In this document: positions 39,344 through 50,147 of the stretch, piece after piece | Layout: each line of letters starts with the position of its first letter | How positions within the stretch are numbered: position 1 is the first letter of the stretch | The notes under the pieces: generated by a model | What the model was told of the DNA's origin: nothing | What the model saw: the letters and a program-made list of their open reading frames with translations, nothing else | Databases searched by the model: none | Translations under genes and position numbers: made by a program | NCBI GenBank assembly: GCA_963737655.1 | Contig: CAVTTN010000002.1 | Span: 5,760,001-5,824,000 of the forward strand | Direction: 5' to 3' | DNA: 64,000 bases | DNA from: an uncultured Planctomycetota bacterium | GTDB lineage: Bacteria; Planctomycetota; Planctomycetia; Isosphaerales; Isosphaeraceae

Positions 39344-40820
39344 TCATGCCCCCGACAGGACGCGATAGAGCACGAACGCCCGGTCCCACCGGGTCGTCGG
39401 CCCCCTGGCCACCACCTCCACCCGACCCATTCGCTCCAGTTCCGGCAAGTCTCGCTCCCGGGCGATCACCGCGAAGGCCCCCGAGGGCCGATGGGCCCGC
39501 AGGTCGTCCGGCGACGATCGCCAGAGGGCCGGGCGGTTCAGGGAATACAGCCGGATCGGCAGGTCGTGGGGCATCGGGCCGAACGGCGAGGGGTACGGCA
39601 GGCGGTCCCAGTCGTCCTGGAGCAAGACCAGGGGCTCGCCCGGCCGGACCAGCCGCCCGGCCCTCTCGTAGAACGCCCACTCCGCCCCCCGGCGATCGAG
39701 CCGAGGGGCCAGGACGGCGAAACCCGCCGCGAAGGCCACTCCCACACCCAGGGTCGCGACGATCACCCGCCCTCGGAACCGCCCGATCGAGGTCCCCCGG
39801 CGCTCCCGGAGCCTCTCCAGCCCCAGGGCCGCCCAGATCGACCACGGCGGCAGGGCATGGACGAGGTAATGCGCGTTCTTGACCGTCGCCAGCGAGACCA
39901 GGACCGCCGGCACCACCGCCCACGCCCAGAGCAGCCGGTCCGGCCCGCATCGTTCCCGGACGGCCCTCCTCAGCGAGATCCGGCCGCCGACGAGGGCCAG
40001 GGGGGTCCAGGGGAGCGTCTGCCAGAACGGCGAGGCGAGGTAGTCCGCCCAGGTTTCGCCCGCGAACTGGGTCGGGCGGCTGGCCAGGCGGTCGGTCACG
40101 TGGACCAGCCACAGGCCCATCGCCTCCGGGTGCCGGGCCAGGACCAGCAACGGCCACGCCAGGGCGATCAGGGCCGCCGAGGCGATCCCGACCGGCGTTT
40201 TCAGCGCCCGGAACGTCGGGCCGTCGCGATCCCAGATCAGGACGGCCAGGGTCGCCGCCGCGATCAGGGCCGCGCCGAAGCCGATCCCCTTGACCAGGGC
40301 CGTCCCCCCGATCAGGGCGAAGAACGCCCCCCGCCAGGCGATCGACCCGCCTCGGACCCGGTCCAGGGCCGCCATCGCCCCGACGATCAAAGCCGCCAGG
40401 AGGATATCGGCCTCGGCCAGACGCCCGCGGAAGGCCGTCCACACGGTCGAGCCCCTGGATCAAACCGGCCCAGAGGCCCACGTCGGGCCCGAACCTCCGG
40501 CCGGCGATCGAGGCCACGCCGAGGGCCAGGGCGATCGCCGCCAGGGCGGAAGGTAGCCTCGCCGAGACCTCGGAAATCCCGCCGGAGAGTCGTCCCGAGG
40601 CGGCGATCAGCCAGGTCCCCAGCGGCGGCTTCTCCAGCCACGGGCGGCCGTCGAGCCGGGGGACCAGCCCGTCCCCCGAATCGAGCGTCTCCCGGGCCGA
40701 TTGGGCCCAGATCGCCTCGTGATACGACAGCCGGGACGCCCCCAGGCCCGTCAGGACGGTCAGCGCCGACAGGCCGACCACAAGCAGGATCGCCCGGCGG
40801 GAGATTCCGAGATCGAGCAT
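39344..40820 (-). CDS. ArnT-like GT-C glycosyltransferase (frameshift ~40452)
   Basis: HEAIWAQSARE, PWLEKPPLGTW, ARLPSA, ALVKG. Confidence 0.85.
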
Positions 40821-40846
40821 GGTCGGGCCGTCCCTGGGGCACACCC

Positions 40847-40905
40847 GTCGGGCCGGCCTCGGCCTGCCGTCTTCGCGGGTCCCGGCAGGCCGAGGCCTGC
40901 CCGAC
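40847..40905. repeat. REP-like inverted doublet, GGCAGGCCnnGGCCTGCC family
   Basis: GTCGGGCCGGCCTCGGCCTGCCG / CGGCAGGCCGAGGCCTGCCCGAC. Confidence 0.8.
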
Positions 40906-41036
40906 GAGACCCGTCGTGCGCCATCCGTTCGTGAACCGCTCGAAGCGAGAGGCGGGCATCCTACCGAAGCCCCCGCCGCGGGTCATCCCGAGTTCCGGGG
41001 CGAGAATCGAGCGTAAAGAACGTAAAACTTGTGACT

Positions 41037-41600
41037 TTACGCTCGATCCGTTTCTATCCGCGAGAGGAAGGGCGGAGGGACCGCGTCCACCAGCCACACG
41101 CCGTTGCCCGATCGGTAGAACGTCCAGCCCTGGGCCTGCATGGCCGGTGCGTCCACGACCAGGACGGCCGGCCTCCCGTGGCGGGCCCCGACCCTCCGGG
41201 CCGTCTCGGGGTCGGGCGAGAGGTGGACGTGGTGCCGGCGCATCTTCCGGAGCCCGTCGCGGAGGATCGCCGGCACCGTCGCCTCGCCCGTCCCGTGGTA
41301 CAGGACGCCCGGGGGCCCGGCCTCCTCCAAGCCCAGGTCCACCTCGACGCTGTGCCCCTGCTGGGCCCGGATGCGGAGGCCGGTTTCGTCGAAGGCGAAG
41401 CGCTTCTTGTCGTTGCGCGCGACGACCTCCTCCAGCCCGGCGCGGTCCAGGCGGATCCCGCGGGCGTTCAGGGCCTCCAGGAGGTCGGCCACCTCGACCC
41501 ACCCGCCGGGGGCCAGCGTCAGGCCGATCTTCTCGGGCCGATGGCGGAGGTGCATGCTCAGGGCCTTGCTGATCTTGACCAGTCGTTCGTCGTTCATCAT
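41037..41600 (-). CDS. kptA: RNA 2'-phosphotransferase (Tpt1/KptA)
   Basis: SKALSMHLRH, DKKRF, RIRAQQGHS, YHGT, HVHLS, NGVWL. Confidence 0.95.
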   Translation of the reverse strand: MMNDERLVKISKALSMHLRHRPEKIGLTLAPGGWVEVADLLEALNARGIRLDRAGLEEVVARNDKKRFAFDETGLRIRAQQGHSVEVDLGLEEAGPPGVLYHGTGEATVPAILRDGLRKMRRHHVHLSPDPETARRVGARHGRPAVLVVDAPAMQAQGWTFYRSGNGVWLVDAVPPPFLSRIETDRA

Positions 41601-41653
41601 GACCGGGCATTCGCGACGGTCGGGCCGATTATTCCGAGCGATTCCCTCAACGT

Positions 41654-41808
41654 CCGCCGGGGGAAAACCCGTCGATAACCCGTCGCGCCCGGGTGCAGGG
41701 CGCGACGACCGCCGACCGGGCGATCCTCCCGGCCCCGGGACCGGGCGCCCCGGCGTCGGCGCATGCCGGGCGGCGCGACGGGGTTATCGACGGGTTTTCC
41801 CCCGGCGG
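41654..41808. promoter_or_regulatory. Inverted repeat made of DnaA-box-like units upstream of dnaN
   Basis: Arms 41654-41689 / 41772-41808, each GGGGGAAAA-CC-CGTCGATAA-CC-CGTCG. Confidence 0.55.
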
Positions 41809-42089
41809 GGAACTCGGATTGCGTGCGAGTAAGTCGTTTGCTATCCTGGCTTTGTTCGAGAGCCTCCCGCGCCATCGACGGCGCCGGGCCGGCCCTCCGG
41901 AGATGACGATGAGGGCGCCTCTCCCTTTCCAGGAGGGAATCCGGGGGACGGGCGGGCGCCCTCGACTCGAAGGGACTGGACTCCACGGAGCGAACCGGGC
42001 GAGGCCCGGGTCTCTCGTCCCGTCGGCCCGGGTCGGCCGATCGACGGGGCATCCAAGCCGAGGCATGGCAAGGCGGGGGAATCGCCAGA

Positions 42090-43208
42090 ATGAAGGCCCT
42101 GTGCAACCGCGAGGGATTGCTCGCCGGGTTCGGGATGGTCGCCGGGGTCGTCCCGGCCCGGAGCCCCAAGCCGATCTTGCAGAACGTCAAGCTCGTGGCC
42201 GATGCCGACGAGGGCTCGATCCTGATGGCCACCGACATGGAGGTCGGCATCCGCTACCGGGTCCTCGGCGTGAAGGTCGATCGCCCCGGCTCGGTGATCC
42301 TGCCCACGCAAAAAGTCCAGTCGATCTTGCGGACCAGCACCGACGAGGAGCTGGCCGTCGAGGCCGATGACGACAAGCTGATCGTCCGCGGCCTCCACGC
42401 CCAGTTCAAGCTGCCGAGCGAGGACCCCGCGCTGTTCCCCGAAGTCCCGGACTTCGCCGCGGCGAGCTACCACGTCGTGGCGGCGGCCGACCTGAAGCGG
42501 CTGATCCGCCGGACCATGTTCGCCACCGACGTCGAGAGCACCCGCTACGCCCTGGGCGGCGTCCTCGTCGAGCTCACGGGCGAGTCGATCACGATGGTCG
42601 GCACCGACGGCCGCCGCCTGGCCCGGATGAGCGCCCCGGCCGAGGCCGAGAACGGCGCCGCCCCGCCCTCGGGCAACCCCGTGGTGCCGGTCAAGGCCCT
42701 GAAGCTGATCGAGAGGAACCTCGACGACGACGACCCGCCGGTCCACCTGGCCATCCAGTCCGGCACGGCGGTCCTGGTCCGGACCGAGAGGGCCGTGATC
42801 TACAGCCGGCTGGTCGAGGGCCGGTTCCCCCGCTATCAGGACGTGTTCCCGGCCTCGGTGGAGGTCAAGGTGCCGTTGGAGGTCGGGTCGTTGCTCTCGG
42901 CCGTGGAGCAGGCCTCGATCGTCACGAGCGAGGAGAGCCGGGGGGTCGATTTCCGGTTCGGCGACGGGATGCTGAAGCTCACCAGCCAGGCCGCCGACGT
43001 CGGCTCCTCGGACGTGGACCTGCCGATCAAGTACGACGGCCCCCCGGTGGAGATCACCTTCGACCCGAGGTACCTGACCGACGCCCTGAAGACCCTCGAA
43101 CCGACCGCCGCGCTCACGGCCGAGCTGATCGACCACAAGAACGCCGCCGTGTTCCGGTCGGAGGACGGATACTCCTACGTGGTGATGCCCCTGACCCGGG
43201 AGCGGTGA
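42090..43208 (+). CDS. dnaN: DNA polymerase III beta sliding clamp
   Basis: PKPILQNV, ATDMEV, RYALGG, GTDGRRL, RLVEGRFP, YVVMPL. Confidence 0.97.
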   Translation: MKALCNREGLLAGFGMVAGVVPARSPKPILQNVKLVADADEGSILMATDMEVGIRYRVLGVKVDRPGSVILPTQKVQSILRTSTDEELAVEADDDKLIVRGLHAQFKLPSEDPALFPEVPDFAAASYHVVAAADLKRLIRRTMFATDVESTRYALGGVLVELTGESITMVGTDGRRLARMSAPAEAENGAAPPSGNPVVPVKALKLIERNLDDDDPPVHLAIQSGTAVLVRTERAVIYSRLVEGRFPRYQDVFPASVEVKVPLEVGSLLSAVEQASIVTSEESRGVDFRFGDGMLKLTSQAADVGSSDVDLPIKYDGPPVEITFDPRYLTDALKTLEPTAALTAELIDHKNAAVFRSEDGYSYVVMPLTRER

Positions 43209-43277
43209 TCCGAGGAGACGTCCCGGCGGCCTCCCCGCAGTCGGCAGGCGCCGAGTCCTCCCTGATCCGAGGCCGAG

Positions 43278-43555
43278 ATGAACTTCCTCCATTACGAGAT
43301 GGACGCCGGACCCGACGATCCTATTGAAGTGTCGATCGACCATCCGGCGAACGTCCAGTTGATGGACCCGCCGAACTTCCGGAACTACAAGAACCGAAAG
43401 GAATTCCGATACTTCGGAGGGCACGCCGAAGCCTCGCCGGTCCGGCTCCCGCCCCCTCGCCAGGGGCACTGGCACCTGGCCATCGACCTGGGCGGGGGCC
43501 CGGGTCGATCCGGGCCACGGTGGCGGTGGTCCACGATCCCGAGCCGGGGGAGTGA
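43278..43555 (+). CDS. DUF1883-like small protein (frameshift ~43507)
   Basis: ANVQLMDPPNFRNY...YFGG...SPVRL...GHWHLAIDLGG; one added base gives RIRATVAVV...*. Confidence 0.75.
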
Positions 43556-43574
43556 CCGTGGTATCGCGGGTCGG

Positions 43575-43877
43575 ATGGCCCGATTCTTCGTCCGATGCGT
43601 CGCGTACGGCCTCCCGTTCGCCGTGCCCGTAGTTGCGGTCCTGGGCCGGGGTCGGAGTCCCTTGGCGGCCGACCTTCTCCTGGTTGGGTACGCGTCCCTG
43701 GGGCTGGTCCAGCTGTTTTGTCGGCCTACTGCGCTTGAGTACCGAGTCCTCATGATGTTGGCGGTCTTCTGGCTGGTGGTCACGGTCCGGCCGGTTCTCT
43801 TTCTGGACCGAGCATCCTCGACACGCGCCGGATGGGGCAGCCTGACTCCGCTTCGCGGGGAGCCATTTGGAACCTGA
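43575..43877 (+). CDS. Small hypothetical membrane protein
   Basis: Three hydrophobic stretches. Confidence 0.45.
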   Translation: MARFFVRCVAYGLPFAVPVVAVLGRGRSPLAADLLLVGYASLGLVQLFCRPTALEYRVLMMLAVFWLVVTVRPVLFLDRASSTRAGWGSLTPLRGEPFGT

Positions 43878-43926
43878 GCCTCCGTGGTGGGGTCCCCGGG
43901 CCTGGAATTCTGACGGAGTAGGGATC

Positions 43927-44187
43927 ATGAGCCTGCCAACCATCGAGCTGTCCCCCGATCTGGATGCCCGGCTCGAAGCCTTCGCCGCGAGCCGGGGCGC
44001 GAGGAAGGAAGACATCGTCCGCGCGGCCCTGGAGCGGTATCTGGGCGCCAACCCGACGCCGGACTCCGGCCCGGTCCCGCCCGGGGGTTCGGTGCTCGAC
44101 CTGGTCCGCGACCTCGTCGGCAAGCACGAGGGGCCGGGGGACCTCTCGTATAACCCGAAATATCTGGAAGGATTCGGTGAGGAGTGA
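43927..44187 (+). CDS. RHH/CopG-type antitoxin
   Basis: TIELSPDLDARLEAFA...KEDIVRAALERYL...GPGDLSYNPKYLEGFG. Confidence 0.85.
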   Translation: MSLPTIELSPDLDARLEAFAASRGARKEDIVRAALERYLGANPTPDSGPVPPGGSVLDLVRDLVGKHEGPGDLSYNPKYLEGFGEE

Positions 44188-44594
44188 ACCTGCCGACGAT
44201 CCTGGACGCCGGCCCCCTCGTCGACCGGCGCGATCGCTACCACGCCTGGGCGACCGCCCGATTCGAGGAGTGCGGCCGGGCCCTCCTGTGCTGCGAGGCG
44301 GTCGTCGTGGAAGCGTGCTTCCTCCTTCGAAGGGTCCACGGCGGCGCCCGCTCCGCCCTGGAATTGGTGGAGCGAGGGGCCGTGTCGGTCCCATTCCACC
44401 TGGAAGACGAGGCCGCCGCCGTGGCCGCCCTGATGGACCGATCCTCCAACGTCCCGATGTCCCTGGCCGACGCCTGCCTCGTGAGGATGGCCAAGGTCAC
44501 CCCGGGTGGGCGCATCTTGACCCTCGATAGCGACTTCCGGATCTACCGGATGGATGGCCGAACTCCTCTGCCCGCGATCTTGCCCGATGCCTGA
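44184..44594 (+). CDS. VapC PIN-domain toxin
   Basis: ILDAGPL, VVVEA, MSLADACLV, TLDSDFRIYR; GTGA overlap with the antitoxin. Confidence 0.88.
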   Translation: MNLPTILDAGPLVDRRDRYHAWATARFEECGRALLCCEAVVVEACFLLRRVHGGARSALELVERGAVSVPFHLEDEAAAVAALMDRSSNVPMSLADACLVRMAKVTPGGRILTLDSDFRIYRMDGRTPLPAILPDA

Positions 44595-44658
44595 TCCGGT
44601 TGTCTCGGACCCCCGTGGCGCGTAAAATGAATAGACGTTCACATTGCGAGCGAAGGAC

Positions 44659-45024
44659 ATGACGCCCGCCGACGGCAAGGGCCCCAGGCCCCTGGGGGAC
44701 ATCCTGGGCTCGATGTTCGCGACCCGGGGGCTGGGCCGGCTCCGGGCGGCCGGCGAGCTGGAGGAGGCGTGGGCCTCGGCCGCCGGAGACGCCGCGGCGG
44801 CCCAGACGAAGGTCGGGGCGGTCCGTCACGGCGTGTTGACCGTGACCGTGGCCCACCCGGCCCTCCTGGAGGAGCTCTCGGCGTTCCGCAAGGCCGACCT
44901 GCTCGCCAGCCTCCGCCGCGACGCCCCGGCCTCGGCGATCCAGGACATCCGTTTCCGCGTCGGGCCGATCGATCCCCCGCCATCCGCCGAGCCCCCCGCC
45001 CGACGACCCCGCCGCAAGGCGTGA
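44659..45024 (+). CDS. DUF721/DciA helicase-loader family protein
   Basis: W...AG...GVLTVTV...EL...IRFRVG; sits between dnaN and gyrB. Confidence 0.85.
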   Translation: MTPADGKGPRPLGDILGSMFATRGLGRLRAAGELEEAWASAAGDAAAAQTKVGAVRHGVLTVTVAHPALLEELSAFRKADLLASLRRDAPASAIQDIRFRVGPIDPPPSAEPPARRPRRKA

Positions 45025-45112
45025 GACGGCCCCGCCCGCGATCCTTCCCGAAGACCTGAGAACGAGACGAGCGATCCGATTCGATCCGATCCGAAGCGAA
45101 GGGACCCCCGAA

Positions 45113-47633
<2,521 letters not shown>

Positions 47634-47760
47634 GAATGAGTGAGGGCCGCACGCCCGGGCCCATTCCCCCGTGGGGCGGGCATCCCACGGGGTTCGGAGG
47701 CCGATCGCCCGAAGTCCCCTCCCACGCGTCATCCTCGCCATCCGACCGGGAGATCTTCCG

Positions 47761-48099
47761 ATGGAGACCTCGGCCCGAGACCGCCAGATCCTCCGCGACA
47801 TCCTGAACGACTTCGCGGCGATCCCTTATACCTACGGGGACTTCTGGAAAGAAGTGGTGTTCGACGACGAGAACGACCGCTACCTCCTGATGTCGCTGGG
47901 GAGGGACGTCGATGGGCGGTGGGTCCACCACTGCGTCTTCCACGTCGACCTGATCCGAGGCAAGTTCTGGATCCAGCACGACGCCACCGACCGCCCGATC
48001 GCCTCGGAGTTGGAGGCCGCGGGGGTGCCCAGGGACCGGATCGTCCTGGGCTTCCGCGAGCCGGAATACCGGGAGTTCACCGGCTACGCGGTGGCTTGA
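47761..48099 (+). CDS. XisI-family protein
   Basis: VFDDENDRYLL...G...HVDLIRGKFWIQHD...EL...GVPRDRIVLGF...TGYAVA. Confidence 0.9.
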   Translation: METSARDRQILRDILNDFAAIPYTYGDFWKEVVFDDENDRYLLMSLGRDVDGRWVHHCVFHVDLIRGKFWIQHDATDRPIASELEAAGVPRDRIVLGFREPEYREFTGYAVA

Positions 48100-48179
48100 A
48101 CCGAGGATCTTGCGAGGCCCCGGCGATGACCAGGCTCTCCCCCGTCGACGACCGCCCCCGGGCCGAGGAGTCGGCCCCG

Positions 48180-49374
48180 ATGCTCAAGCGGGTGCGCATC
48201 CGCAATTACAAGAGCATCGCCCATTGCGACGTCGAGCTCGGGCCGTTCACCCTGATCGTGGGCCGCAACGGGGCGGGCAAGAGCAATTTCCTGGATGCGC
48301 TGCGGCTGGTCTCGGAGGGGCTGAACGGATCGCCGACCTGGGCTTCGGAGGCGGATTATCCTTGGGGCGGGATCGCGGATCCCGGGTGCCTCCTGGAACC
48401 CGTAGAGGCCGAGCCTCTGGTCGGCCCTTCCTGGCGGGGATGAGGCGATATACAGAGTGAAGTTAGGAATCCGACCGATCGCGGGAGTGACGGTGCTTGA
48501 GGAGAGCCTGGAGGTCCGCGACCGAGACGGAGGCCGGGCCCATTACGCGTGCGCCGGGGGGCACGTGGTCGAGTCCTCGCAGCCCTTCTTGCCGCCCGCG
48601 GTCCCCGATCGTCTCTACCTGGCTCGGGCCTCGGCCGTCCAAGAATTCCGCCCGGCCTACGATGCGTTTTCGTCGATGGGGTTCTATGATCTCGATCCCG
48701 AGGTCATGCGCAAGTCGCGGGGCGAAGCGGGCGGATTGATGCTGGCGAGTGACGGGGCGAATGTCGCATCAATCCTGGATTATTTGGACCGCGTGTCGCC
48801 TCACGGCCGCGAGGGCCTCCGGCCCTGGTTCTCGACGATCATCCCGGAATTTCGAGACGTTCGATTCCAGCAGTACGGGCCGTACACGACTCTGGTCTTC
48901 GATCGCTCCGAATCCTCCGAAGGTCGGGCGAACGCCTTCTATGCTCACGGAGTGTCCGACGGCACGCTCCGGGCGCTCGGGATTTTGGTGGCCGTTAACC
49001 AGTTGGCAGGAGACGGCTCACCGATTAGACTAGTCGGCATCGAGGAGCCCGAGACCGCCCTGCACCCGGCGGCGGCCGGGGCCTTGATGGACGCCCTCCG
49101 CGAGGCGTCGTCCCGCACGCAGGTTCTGGTCACGACGCATAGCGCGGACCTGCTCGACCGCTACGATCCCGAGACCGACGGCCTCCTGCTCGCCACCATG
49201 AGCGGCGGGGTGACCCGCCTGAGCGGGATCAGCCCCGCGAGTCGGCGGATCATCCAGAGGCACCTCGACACGGCGGGCGGACTGCTCCGCATGGATCATC
49301 TTGAGCCGGACCCCGCCGACCTCGATCGGCAGGAGCGAGAGCCACCGGGCCCCGGCCCGACGGGAGAAGCGTGA
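48180..49374 (+). CDS. ABC-type/AAA_21-like ATPase (frameshift ~48380-48440)
   Basis: IRNYKS, GRNGAGKSN, signature SDGTLR, Walker B IEEPETALHP, QVLVTTHS. Confidence 0.85.
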
Positions 49375-49377
49375 GCG

Positions 49378-50065
49378 ATGGCGCGCCTGCGGATCGCGCC
49401 CATCGTCGAAGGCGACGGCGAAGTCGAGTGCATCCGCATCCTCCCGGAGCGCCTGTGGTATGAAGAGTTGAACGGCGAATATATTTATGTTCGAAGGCCG
49501 ATCCTGAAGAACAAGGGGACGCTCATCGACGAAGGTGGCCTGAAGAGGGCCGTGGGCATCGCTCTGGAGGAATTGCAGGGCGATTCGGTGCGCGCCGTCC
49601 GAGGACCCCAGCTCAATCCTGATCCTGATCGACGCCGACGACGGTTGCCCGGCGGGACTCGGGCCCCGGCTCCTCGGCTGGGCCCGGGAGGTGGACGACC
49701 GGGCGGACGTCTCGTGCGTCGTGGCGAACGTCGAATATGAGACCTGGTTCGTCGCGGCGTGGGAATCGCTGGCCCGGGCGGGGCTGATCCGGCCGGGCGA
49801 GGGCGAGGCGCCTCCCTTTCAACCGGAGGGACAGCGGCTGCGGAAGAAGTGGATCGAAGATCGGTTCGTATCCCGAGGAGAGCGAGAAGGCGCCCGGGGC
49901 GGACCTGGGACCCGGGGGCGGTACAGCCCGACCCGCGACCAGGCGGCCATGACGCGGGCGATGGACTTGAGAGCGTGCCGGCGGCATTCGCCGTCGTTCG
50001 ACAAGCTCTGCCGGGAGCTGGCCAGGAGGCTCGGCGGGGGCGCGGAGGAGAGGGTGATCACGTGA
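49378..50065 (+). CDS. DUF4276-like TOPRIM-fold protein (frameshift ~49590)
   Basis: IVEGDGE, LILIDADD, EYETWF, SPSFDKLCRE; starts 3 nt after the ATPase stop. Confidence 0.78.
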
Positions 50066-50147
50066 TTTCGTTTCGTAATTCGACCAAGGCACCGAGCCGG
50101 GCAGTCGGCCCCGCCGGGCGGGCCCGCTGGAGTGGGAAGACGCGCTG

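Noticed and set aside
37152..40844. 1230-aa ORF joining a glycosyltransferase N-terminus to a cold-shock/DUF1294 domain
   Set aside because: It arises from a frameshift at ~40452 followed by read-through antisense to the MFS gene.
41037..41600. KptA and the ADP-ribosylglycohydrolase (13670-14647) as a writer/eraser system
   Set aside because: They are about 26 kb apart with no shared context.
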